Assembly: GCA_951406725.2 (NCBI GenBank)
Contig: OX597819.1
Location: 43,648,001-43,712,000, forward strand
Length of the DNA stretch: 64,000 nt
Source of the DNA: Octopus vulgaris
Lineage: Eukaryota
Reading direction: 5' to 3'
Shown here: one piece after another, positions 27,864 through 40,954 of the stretch
Position numbering within the stretch: the stretch's first letter is position 1
Layout: each line of letters starts with the position of its first letter
Notes under the pieces: model-generated
The model's input: only the letters and a program-made list of their open reading frames with translations
Told to the model about the DNA's origin: nothing
The model's database searches: none
Translations under genes and position numbers: made by a program

Positions 27864-28257
27864 CCATGCATATGTATGTATATGATTAGGTATGCATATA
27901 CGCTTAGATACACACACACACACACGCACGTATTGCATATGCATAAACATATACAAACACCAATCTCGTACACACAAACTGGCAATTACACACATAAAAT
28001 CTAAACATTTCATCCCTGTTACCTCTCCCTACATCTATCTCAACACCTCACCGTATGCATGTATGTATATACGTGTATGTGTGTTTGAGTGTATGTGTGT
28101 GTGAATGTGCGCGCGCGTGTTTCATGTATACAAAAAAAAATTTTCTCTTAACCAATTCTCTGCCGCATGCAACACTCCTGTTTTTAACCTCTTTCTCTCT
28201 TTGTCTTTCTGTCTCTGTGTCATTCTCTCTCTCTCTCTTTGACTTCCTCTCTGTCTG

Positions 28258-28339
<82 letters not shown>

Positions 28340-28860
28340 TGCACTCTTTTTTTTTATGTCTTTCCTTTTACCAAATTTCTTCTTTCTGGAACTCTATTTT
28401 TTTCCCAATGAATAATAAAAGATTCAAACACGTCATGCATACTTCCATTACAGCTCATCTTTAATAAGCCAGGGAGCAATTAATGTCATCTGACTGTTTG
28501 TCTGCCCTTTTGTCAGTCTGTTACCTGTCTCTGTCACCTAGACATTCACATACAAGCTTTATTCTTACCTCTATCATTCCTTATCTCTCTCCACCTCTTT
28601 CACACCCACATGCATGTATATATCTGTTATTTTTTTTTAACTTTTAGTTGTTTCTGTTATTGGACTGCTAACACGCTGGAGCAGTACCTTGTGGGTTTTT
28701 CTTTTTTTTTTAGTCGAACGAATTGGGATTTTTAAAAGACATCTACCCTAGGTGCCATGCAGTAGGACTGAACCCGTTACCATGTGGTTTATACTACATA
28801 GATATAAATACATATATAAATGCATATATGTGTGTGTGCGTGTGAATAAGTGTATAAATA

Positions 28861-28908
<48 letters not shown>

Positions 28909-28968
28909 TTTAATCTTATATGGAGTCTACATTTAGCATATTGCATGTCCACCTAGTGGTCATCCCTC

Positions 28969-29016
<48 letters not shown>

Positions 29017-29057
29017 TGTCTTTAGGTTGTAAAATTGCGAATTAGCTAGCCATATTA

Positions 29058-29141
<84 letters not shown>

Positions 29142-29269
29142 AAGCTAGCTATCTATATATAAATAAAATTATTATTAAGTGTATCAAAAGAGATATGCTA
29201 AAAAAACCCCATACATTTCTTTTAAAAAATCGATGTGCTTGAATACAATTCGCAAAAGGGCATTTAAAT

Positions 29270-29859
29270 TGGAGTCCAGCAGATTGGTCGAATGTGTTGT
29301 GGTCGGACGAGTCACAGTTCATTCAACTTGTTCGGCAGTGATGGCAGGAATTATGTAAGAAGGCGTATAGGCGAAGAATATCACCCAGAATGCATCCGGC
29401 CTACAGTTAAGCACGGTGATAGGAGTGTGATAGTTTGGGGGAGCGTGCCTAGAAAAGGTGCCGGTCCCATAATCCGAATCAATGGCATTATGGATAGTAA
29501 GTCCAATCTAGAAATATTGGATAGAACTATGTTTCCATACGTCCGAGAGCATTTCGGCCGATCTTGAACTTTCCAGCATGACACACCTCGTAGCTAGTCA
29601 GAGATTGCATTAGATCTTAGAGAATTCGATTGAATCAGTGGCCGGCACTGTCGCCCGACCAAAGTCCCATCGAAAATCTTTGGGAAAGGTCGGGTAGAGC
29701 TGTGCAAAGTAGTATGCCAAAGAATAAGGATGATTTTTAAAACATTATTATCAAAACTGGGGGAAAATCTCAGCAACAGTGATAAATGATCTGAACAATT
29801 CTATGTTTCACAGATGCAAAGCTGTATTAAGTAATTTTGGATACCCAACGAAATACTGA
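29270..29859 (+). pseudogene. Tc1-family transposase remnant
   Basis: VLWSDES, FNLFGSDGRNYVRRR...PTVKHGDRSVIVWG, FQHD and C-terminal RCKAVLSNFGYPTKY*; frameshifted. Confidence 0.9.
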
Positions 29860-30131
29860 TTGTGTGAACTTATTATTATTTTTTTATTATTCTGTTGATC
29901 TCAGAATAAACTTTTTAAAGCAAAAAAATGAAATTTTACAAATTGTTCTTAAATGAAATGGCGCTATAAATTACGATTTACTTTTGATTTAATATGTTGA
30001 TATTAAAGCACGTAAAATTTTCTTTTTGATACACATCTTAATTCACAGTTTACATCTTGAATATATAAAAAATGCCATTTTAACATTAGTATACTAGCGT
30101 TCTTAAATTAAATGGCGCCACTGTGTGTCTG

Positions 30132-30180
<49 letters not shown>

Positions 30181-30569
30181 ATCTTCTCGAGATATATTTG
30201 TGTGTGTATGTGTGTGTGTGATCTCTTTTAGTGTTACAGGTAACGTGTAACGCAAAACAAAATAATAAAAAAAAGCCTGTTGCAACGTCATTCCGTCGGT
30301 GATGAACCTGACAATCCTACTAAACCTACTTCGTAAAGTGGGTTTGCTTTAATTGGATGCCCTTAAAGACAATAAAACAAAACCTGTCAGAAGGAGGATA
30401 AGCGCGGTAAATCTATTTTTCTCGATCGTTGTAACGAGCACAAAATATACCATTTTGTTTCTCCTCTAGAAAGTTGTCTTTTTTTCTACCGGCCTTTTAG
30501 AAGCGGTAATAAATAGAGTGGTAATAAATTAAAACTATCTATTGCAGACGTGTATGTCAATGATACTGG

Positions 30570-30760
30570 ATTTAAATTTTAGCACAAGGCCAGCAACTGC
30601 GAGAGAAGGTGAAGTCGATTACATCAACCCCAGGGCTTATATCGTATTTATTTTATCGATCAGAAAAGAATGAAAGGCAGAGTCGACCTCGGCGGAATTT
30701 GAACTCAGAATGTGAAGACGGACGAAATGCCGCTAAGCATTTTGCCTTATATGCTAATGA
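30570..30760 (-). mobile_element. Family B SINE, decayed
   Basis: gaaaggcagagtcgacctcggcggaatttgaactcagaa...gacgaaatgccgctaagcatt. Confidence 0.8.
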
Positions 30761-31339
30761 TATCATAAAAAAATATTTTAAACCCAACGGAAACGTTTAG
30801 GCTTTTTACTTAGAAGTTTGCTTACGTTTTTGTGAATAGGGATAAAAATTAATAATTCTTGATTATAGCACTGAGACTATGTAAAATTTGATTTTGTTTT
30901 GCGTCGTTATGCTTAAAGACGCAAGTCCAGTCGACAACATTAAGTGAGAACCTGTTGTATATGCAAATGTGTATGGCCTTGCGCCAGTCTCAAAAATCAT
31001 TATTAACCGGATCGATTTATATTTTTATTTCAAATCTAGACATATGATTCAGCCAAGCCGTTCATGATTACGATATCAATACAATAACCACCGAACAATG
31101 TACACTTTAATTTACAATGATATCAAACAAGACAGACCTATGATGAAAGACGTTCCAGCCGTGCTCATACCATTCTTTCATTTATTTTCTTTTAAAATAT
31201 CCAATATTTCCAATTTTAAAGGCAGTATAGTGGAAATTTGATGGATACTCAGCTGCTCTGTCCGTCCGTTCATCTGTCTGCATGTCTGTCTGTCTATCTG
31301 TCTGAGTGTCTGCGTATATCTGTCTTTGTTTTTCTTTCT

Positions 31340-31702
31340 TTAATAATGTCAGTATTGATCGTTCAAGCGATGGTTATGGCGATGTAGCCATTGCCGCTCG
31401 TCTTTACTCGACAATAAAAACAGACAAATTACAGTATCAGTTATATACTACGTCAGTTAGTCGTCTATAGACTCAATGTCATCCAGAGAAGAAAAAAAAA
31501 AGCCCAAAACTGATGTTCTTTTACTAAAAGAAGCAATCAATTTGAAGTCATCCATCAGAATTCATGAAAATATGATGAAATAATGGCGGCTGTAGGGCAA
31601 ATAATAATATAACAACAACCATTTGAAAAGGGGGCGCTGCTATAAAAGATGGCGACAACCATTAGGTTATTGTAATACTTCTATAAAATTGCTTTCTCAT
31701 TT
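31340..31702 (+). promoter_or_regulatory. Conserved non-coding island, copy A, with candidate CTCF-like, TATA and YY1-like motifs
   Basis: AAAAGGGGGCGCTGC-TATAAAA-GATGGCG; core 31621-31702 differs from 48604-48685 at 2 of 82 nt. The regulatory role is inferred. Confidence 0.45.
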
Positions 31703-32116
31703 GTTTCTTTTCTTTCTGTCTGTCTGCTTCTTTTTCTTTATTTATAGCCTTCCGTCTTCTATATTTTCTTTTCTTTTCTTCCTTCATTCATTTTTCCTTG
31801 TTGTGCGTTTTAAAATTCAGCTTGACATTTTTAGTTATTATTTCCATTGTTTAAACTATATTTATGATTTTCCTGTTTTCTTTTGTTTGTTTCGTGTTTG
31901 CTTCTTTAAATTAATTAATTCTTCTTATTCAGATTTTTCTTCTCTTCTTCATTTTTCCTTACTTCATTATTTCTTCCTTCCTTATTTCTTTCGTTCGTTT
32001 CTTCTCCACCATATCTTTCATTTCTTCTATTCTTTCATAAACCGTCTTGAGTAATGTATCTCCGTATTTCTCTTTGACTATCTCGGCCTCCCTGTTTCTG
32101 CCATATTTTCTTTTTA

Positions 32117-32284
<168 letters not shown>

Positions 32285-32285
32285 G

Positions 32286-32346
<61 letters not shown>

Positions 32347-32809
32347 TATATAAGCATCATTCTTACAATGTACATCTCAACATGTCTAATCGAAACATTT
32401 ATTCACTAACAATGTTCTACAAGTAATGAAAATTAGTCGGGGCTATGCCCAATGTTTGTGTGAAGTAAATAGACAGAGAAAGAATGTTTCAGTTAGATAT
32501 GCGTATATTTACTTTAGAATAACTTTCCAGGGCATCAAGATGGTTTTACGAGTGTTCGATCCTTCATGTAGTATGTTTTCGTGAAGCGTCGAGTCACAAC
32601 GTAGAGAGGTTCCGTGGGGAAAACAGCTGGTCACTAGAAGTTGAATATAAAACGACTGACTGGTACAAAAAGGATAAAAAGAGGAGCAAATTTATGTAAA
32701 ATTTAATAAAGAATCATGTTTTACCATGGTAGTAAAAGTGATCCCTAAAAGATATTAAGTTAGGAAACATTAGATATTCAGGGCTTGTGTGTGTGTGTGT
32801 GTGTGTTTG

Positions 32810-32867
<58 letters not shown>

Positions 32868-32973
32868 TTACATATGTACCGTCTAAGAATTCATATTTCA
32901 GGAAAAATTGCACTCGTATATTAATTGAAGTGTACAGTATTATATGTCCATTATGGCACACACACACACACAC

Positions 32974-33040
<67 letters not shown>

Positions 33041-33157
33041 CATACATACATACATATACATATATACATATATATACCTACATATATATATATACCCACA
33101 TGTCACTCTTCTCCGTAATTTACAGCCTTCGGGTTTGTTTACAAATTTATAAATATA

Positions 33158-33540
33158 CTAGCAGTATCGCCCGGCGTTGCTCAGGTTTGTAAGGGAAATA
33201 ACTATAAAGCATTTTTAGAGAGTTATAGCCAAAAAATAGCAAAAAAATGGAAAAAAAATGATGGTAAATTTATTTTGAGAGTTAAAAAAGGTGGAGTTGC
33301 GTCCCCTAGACGGTCTGTGGTTTGGGTTTCTGATTCTCGACCCCATGTCGAATTTATCGATTTTTTCAGAACTGGGGGAACTTTTCAAAATTTTCGCTGC
33401 GTTAGTTTTGAATTATGACATTGGGCTATGTGTGTGTCAAGTTTCATCAGAATCGGTTGAAAGCCGTGGTCAGAGTGAGGGTACGAGAAAACAGACACAC
33501 AGAAAACGCACAGACAAACTGCCGTTTATATAGAGAGAGA
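33158..33540 (-). mobile_element. Short non-autonomous Helitron
   Basis: Minus strand starts TCTCTCTCTATATAAA and ends with the hairpin CCTGAGCAACGCCGGG followed by CGATACTGCTAG^T. Confidence 0.85.
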
Positions 33541-34258
33541 TATACTAGACTAAAATTGGCTGAAATTGATGGCTGAAATATGTGGCTGAATGCGGATGGA
33601 GCCATGAAACCATTTATGTCGTTTTCATTTCCCAGTGGTTCGGCCCATCTTTTCTCTGTCAATTGTTTAGGTCTGGTCACTTTAAATGGAGCATATATTA
33701 TTAAATAATATGGAATTATAGTTTTCGATGCATGCATATGTAGTAAGATGTAAAGCAAAGATTTCACAAATACTTCATAAGTCATACACCTGTCCCCATG
33801 TTGGAAATAGAAATTTCCTCAGCTAAAAAAACTACATAATTAATAAATAAAAAAATCAATAAATAATTAATTTGAATGAGATGAATAAACTACTTCATCA
33901 AAAAATAAAAAATAAAATATGAAAACCAAAACACTGTTGTTGAAAAACAGCATCGGTGTTTGATGCAAATTAATTAATTGTAATTATGTGAATGAGAAAA
34001 TTTGTGTTTTAACCGTCGAAACAGCTGTAGAGTTTATAATGGAATGCTGAAATAACTGTGAAATTTTTGCTTCTTGCTGGTGTAAATGTGTTGCTTAGAA
34101 TGTTTGGTGTGACGAAATTATAAATATGTATTCCATTTAGGATTATTGTATTGAAATAATTATATATTGGAGATTAAGGGCGAGTTAATAACTTAGCACT
34201 TAAAAGTCAGTGAATATACTTTTATAGCGCTGAATCATTTTTTCAATATATACATATA

Positions 34259-34436
<178 letters not shown>

Positions 34437-34469
34437 CGTGTGTGTGTGTATGTGTGTGCGTGTTCGTGT

Positions 34470-34533
34470 GTAAAGAATAAAAAGTTTTGAATGGTACAAC
34501 AATGCACTATAATACAGACAATGGGCTACATAC

Positions 34534-34598
<65 letters not shown>

Positions 34599-34762
34599 AT
34601 TGAAACCGATTATACCAACGACTCCATCTAATAATATCTTAAGAAGGAATATTATTCCGAAATATCATATCAGACTATGGATGACTAAATTACAACAGGT
34701 ATATAGCCCATTGTCTGTATTATGGTGCATTGTCGTACCATTAAAAACTTTTTATTCTTTAC
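34470..34762. repeat. Inverted repeat (arms about 65 bp) in (TA)n context
   Basis: gtaaagaataaaaagttttgaatggtacaacaatgcac...tacctg pairs with caggtatatagccc...ttattctttac. Confidence 0.8.
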
Positions 34763-34800
34763 AAACAATACACAATGCCTCAAGCGAACTACAATACTCT

Positions 34801-34856
<56 letters not shown>

Positions 34857-35421
34857 TATATATATATATATGCATGTATGTATATATGCACATGTATAAA
34901 GAGACGCGTGCGCATACACACGCATATACGCACATTAAATAAATCGCTTAATATTTATTGTATGCAAAGTAATAGTACTATTTTTCTGAAGCCTGTCGAT
35001 CTGATGTGTATATAAACAGGTTGGTTTCTTGTTTCTCTACGATTCGTCAAGCGATGTAGACACCGCCGATAAAATTCAGTATGGATCGAGAATCGTTGAA
35101 GTCACTTCGTAAATTTTTGGATCCACAGGAGAAATAGATAACTTTGAGGTTCTTTTTATGTATACTGTGTATGATTACATACATACATACATACACGTCT
35201 GTCTAGCTATCTATCTGTATACCAAAAGAATTGGTTTGCATTTCTTGTCGGAATAAAAAGTAGCATACGCAGCGGGAGAAAGGAAGGTTTGCATACATGA
35301 GCAACTGAACTAATCGTCTTCCTCGAAAAACCTCAGACAAGTTCGCGCCTTGGAGAGGAACATTGCAAACGGAAAGGAATTTTTCAGGTGCAGTCAAACA
35401 ATGAACACCAGCTGTCAACTG

Positions 35422-35467
<46 letters not shown>

Positions 35468-35615
35468 ACGTTAGATGTGTGGAAACAATTAATAAAATCT
35501 CTCGTATCGTCCACCTTCCGTCTTTCATTAACCAGATACATAACGAACACTATAAAAGTGATCGTGCTTTACTAGTAAGTTACCAGGTATAAACCATTCG
35601 TTTTATTATCTAATA

Positions 35616-35660
<45 letters not shown>

Positions 35661-35661
<1 letters not shown>

Positions 35662-38600
35662 TAGCAGTATCGCCCGGCGTTGCTCGGGTTGTAAGGGAAA
35701 TAACTATATAAGCATATTTAGAGAGTTATAGCCAAAAAATGCATTAAAAATTGAAAAAAAAATTAAGGTAAATATTTTTTAAATCGTTGACACATCGTAG
35801 ATATTTTTAGAGAGTTACTTCCCTTATATAAAAGCGAAAAAAATGCATTAAAATGGAAAAATATGATGGTAAATTTTTTTTAAATCGTAGACTCATCGTA
35901 GACGCACGCTAATACCCAGAAGGGCTCGATATGAATCACGACTATAAGATACCCGCTTTTGGTTAAACTGCACCGCAAAATGTGGGAGTAGTTAGGAATC
36001 GAAATCGTAGGAGACAGACACACAACTTCACTCTTATATAAAGATGCTTTTTTTTTTTCAGTCATAGAGTTAGATTTATGAAGGTCTTCAGTAGAAAATC
36101 CTTCGAATTCTGACTCGCTGCTTGATATAATGAAATTCGTATCCATTTTTTGTCAGAATTACAAATTTTGAAAACACAATAGGAACAAATTTCGGAAAAA
36201 AATCTCCCATAATTCACGGAATTAAAATTACACTTCGATTTTTGTACAAAACTGTAGTTGAAGTGTTTACGAAGTATAATACGTGTTTTCACGAATGTAC
36301 TAAAGAGATTTGCTCTGATATTCTCATTTAAATATGAATAGGTAAATTCGGGCAGCTTGGTAACTATATATAAGTGTCGTCTGTTTATACATAAACACTG
36401 TTTCATACTGCAATTATGTATACATATATCTATATATAATATTATATAATAAAATATATACAGAGTAAAATAAAAACCAATTTACCTTTTCTGTCCTCCG
36501 TGTGTCTTTGCAAATGTGTTGGAATGATAAGTGAGTTGTGTTTTTGCGCCTTTTTTACTAATAACAAACACACACGTGTTTGTATGTAGTTGTATGTGTA
36601 TGTAGTTGTATGTAGTTGTATATGTATGTGTATGCGTGTGTGTGAGGAATGACACACACACACTCTCGCAAGCACACATGTACATCAATGCTTTCGGAGT
36701 GATATGTTAAAATATTGAGTTTTCTCGAATTTTGTCTTAATTGGGGGTGAAATTGAAAGAAATATATTATGGCATGAGCGAATGGAGTACTTTGAAAAAT
36801 CTTAGGTAAATTCTAATTGAAGAAATTGTGTGAGGACTAAATGGTTATGTATTTATTTGTTTCTGTTTGCTGTGTTTTTTTATTTTTTGAGTAGTGGTTT
36901 AATTACTTTCAGTTTAGGCTTCCTCAAATCACTCTGTCGCTATTTACTTTCATTTTATTCGTTGCCCACTGTGTGTGTGCGTTTGCGTGTGGTGTAAACC
37001 AGACTAAGAAAAGCATTTGACACACACACAAGAATGTGAGTTTTCTGTAAATTTTGCTTAATTGAAGTTTAAATTTTAAAAACTGGACCTGGCATGACGC
37101 AATGCATTGTACTCTTAAAAATGCAAGGTAAATTGTAATTAAAGAAATCCTATATTGTAGATTTGTATAACTCCCAAAGGGAGGCAGATAAAATCTGCCT
37201 TTTATAATAAGACTAGCAGTATCGCCCGGCGTTGCTCGGGTTGTAAGGGAAATAACTATATAAGCATTTTTAGAGAGTTATAGCCAAAAAATGCATTAAA
37301 AATTGAAAAAAATTAAGGTAAATATTTTTTAAATCGTTGACACATCGTAGATATTTTTAGAGAGTTACTTCCCTTATATAAAAGCGAAAAAAATGCATTA
37401 AAATGGAAAAATATGATGGTAAATTTTTTTTTAAATCGTAGACTCATCGTAGACGCACGCTAATACCCAGAAGGGCTCGATATGAATCACGACTATAAGA
37501 TACCCGCTTTTGGTTAAACTGCACCGCAAAATGTGGGAGTAGTTAGGAATCGAAATCGTAGGAGACAGACACACAACTTCACTCTTATATAAAGATGCTT
37601 TTTTTTTTCAGTCATAGAGTAAGATTTATGAAGGTCTTCAGTAGAAAATCCTTCGAATTCTGACTCGCTGCTTGATATAATGAAATTCGTATCCATTTTT
37701 TGTCAGAATTACAAATTTTGAAAACACAATAGGAACAAATTTCGGAAAAAAATCTCCCATAATTCACGGAATTAAAATTACACTTCGATTTTTGTACAAA
37801 ACTGTAGTTGAAGTGTTTACGAAGTATAATACGTGTTTTCACGAATGTACTAAAGAGATTTGCTCTGATATTCTCATTTAAATATGAATAGGTAAATTCG
37901 GGCGGCTTGGTAACTATATATAAGTGTCGTCTGTTTATACATAAACACTGTTTCATACTGCAATTATGTATACATATATCTATATATAATATTATATAAT
38001 AAAATATATACAGAGTAAAATAAAAACCAATTTACCTTTTCTGTCCTCCGTGTGTCTTTGCAAATGTGTTGGAATGATAAGTGAGTTGTGTTTTTGCGCC
38101 TTTTTTACTAATAACAAACACACACGTGTTTGTATGTAGTTGTATGTGTATGTAGTTGTATGTAGTTGTATATGTATGTGTATGCGTGTGTGTGAGGAAT
38201 GACACACACACACTCTCGCAAGCACACATGTACATCAATGCTTTCGGAGTGATATGTTAAAATATTGAGTTTTCTCGAATTTTGTCTTAATTGGGGGTGA
38301 AATTGAAAGAAATATATTATGGCATGAGCGAATGGAGTACTTTGAAAAATCTTAGGTAAATTCTAATTGAAGAAATTGTGTGAGGACTAAATGGTTATGT
38401 ATTTATTTGTTTCTGTTTGCTGTGTTTTTTTATTTTTTGAGTAGTGGTTTAATTACTTTCAGTTTAGGCTTCCTCAAATCACTCTGTCGCTATTTACTTT
38501 CATTTTATTCGTTGCCCACTGTGTGTGTGCGTTTGCGTGTGGTGTAAACCAGACTAAGAAAAGCATTTGACACACACACAAGAATGTGAGTTTTCTGTAA

Positions 38601-38759
38601 ATTTTGCTTAATTGGAGTTTAAATTTTAAAAACTGGACCTGGCATGACGCAATGCATTGTACTCTCAAAAATGCAAGGTAAATTGTAATTAAAGAAATCC
38701 TATATTGTAGATTTGTATAACTCCCAAAGGGAGGCAGATAAAATCTGCCTTTTATAATA

Positions 38760-38762
<3 letters not shown>
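35661..38762 (-). mobile_element. Head-to-tail dimer of a 1.55-kb non-autonomous Helitron (35661-37212, 37213-38762)
   Basis: Each unit has a 5' TC and a 3' hairpin CCCGAGCAACGCCGGG plus CTAG; junction CTAG|TC at 37213/37212; no TSD; flanked by (TA)n. Confidence 0.92.
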
Positions 38763-38819
<57 letters not shown>

Positions 38820-39051
38820 GTAAATGTCAAACATTGAAAATGAGTCAACGCAAAATATTGGTAGATATAATTTCTTTATTTGAGAATTAAGGCTACCATT
38901 GGTTTCATGTTAAGAAAAGTAGGAAAATATCCTAGTGTCTTACCAATTTTTTAAGCCGATCACATTGCGGAAAGGTGTTCGTCTCCATTTTCGAAAACAT
39001 AGTCTATAGCCACACACAGACACACAGACACACAGACAGACAGACAGACAG

Positions 39052-39108
<57 letters not shown>

Positions 39109-39150
39109 TACATTGAGGCCAAAGCTGGCCTCGCTTCCTGGCTCCCCAAT

Positions 39151-39275
39151 ACTGTCAATAACAAGGTGTTATAATACTCGACGACTAAAGGCAAATAGTT
39201 ATGTGAAAAGATGATTTGACACAAGAGAATAACTGATTCTGTTAACATTTGGCTACCATCATTCACATTTCTGAT
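39151..39275. other. Conserved non-coding island 1, copy B
   Basis: Matches 26047-26173; both copies are preceded by aaagctggcctcgct and followed by (GAT)/(GGT) repeats. Confidence 0.85.
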
Positions 39276-39536
39276 GATGACGATGATGATGATGGTAATG
39301 GTGGTAATAGTAGTGGTGGTGGCGGCAGTAGTGGTGGTGGTAGTGGTGGAGACAGTGGTGTTATTGACGGGTTGGTGTTAGTGGGAGTGATGTCGATCAC
39401 TATATGTCTATGCCTTGCTTTCTCTTACTAGCTCCGATTCAACCACCTATCTGCATTCCATTTTTCTGATTATATATATATATGTATATGTATATGTATA
39501 TATATATACATATATATATATGTATATATATACACA

Positions 39537-39582
<46 letters not shown>

Positions 39583-39602
39583 AGGCGAATTCAAAATATT
39601 AC

Positions 39603-39651
<49 letters not shown>

Positions 39652-39699
39652 AAGGTATGGGGGTAAAAACATTAAAAAATCACAAATGCAAAGGTTATT

Positions 39700-39751
39700 T
39701 GAGAACGTACGTTTCTAGATTAGTCAAATCGACATTTCTTTCGTCAGCTCA
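39700..39751 (-). ncRNA. Minimal type I hammerhead ribozyme motif, likely in a Penelope-like remnant (about 39580-40125)
   Basis: TGAG-CTGACGA-[stem II]-GAA-ACGTACGT-T-CTCA; stem I TGAG/CTCA; palindromic stem III. Confidence 0.65.
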
Positions 39752-40145
39752 GAACTCCTTGATTCGGATTTGGGAACACTGAAAGTGGGAGCATACCCTT
39801 TTGGCTTCTTATCACCTCCGGAGATCCGCTCGAACTAACAGTGCTAACAAATTCAAAATATGCAAGCGAAGAATTTCTGCTCTCCCCTTTCCACCAGCGT
39901 GAGTTAAAATTGGCAAACACTATGTTTTATCGGTGAAAACCGAAGCATTAAACAGAGAGAAATGAATTATAATTTCAACAATTGAGGGTAAAATTAATTA
40001 ATTATTAATCAATTTCACCAAGTATTCAGTATGTAAAGGGACCATTTAAGGCGAATTCAAAATATTACCTTATATATAAGGGCTTAGTAAAATAAATTAC
40101 TTTGCCACATACTGAACTCATTAGAAATATATATATATATATATG

Positions 40146-40364
<219 letters not shown>

Positions 40365-40954
40365 ATTCCACTCGTGAGGTACCCTACAACTCCACTTTGT
40401 TATATATTCTTTTACTCTTTTACATGTTTCAGTCATTTGACTGCGGCCATGTTGGAGCACCGCCTTTAATCGAGCAACTCGACCCGGGACTTATTCTTTT
40501 TGTAAGCATTGTCAAGCAATGTTGGGGGGACAAACACAGACACACAAACACACTCACGCATATATATATATATATACATATATACAACGGGCTTCTTTCA
40601 GTTTCCGTCTACCAAATCCACTCACAAGGCATTTGTCGGCCCGAGGCTATAGTAGAAGACACTTGCCCCAAGGTGCCATGCAGTGGGACTGAACCCGGAA
40701 CCATGTAGTTGGTAAACAAGCTACTTTATTTCATATAATTTGCCATTTAGGCATTTACAAAGAGGGGACAAACAAGGACAGACAAATATAAAGGGTGAAG
40801 TAGCTTAACACAGTTACAATTTTCGAATGAAATTACGGATAAGATTATAAACAATGAATTTTACGAAGGCAATGTTTAAAAATATTAATGATCATGTCGA
40901 AGGACGGACACCCAGCCATCCGGGTAGAACCTTTACTTTCTGATCCGGTCACAC

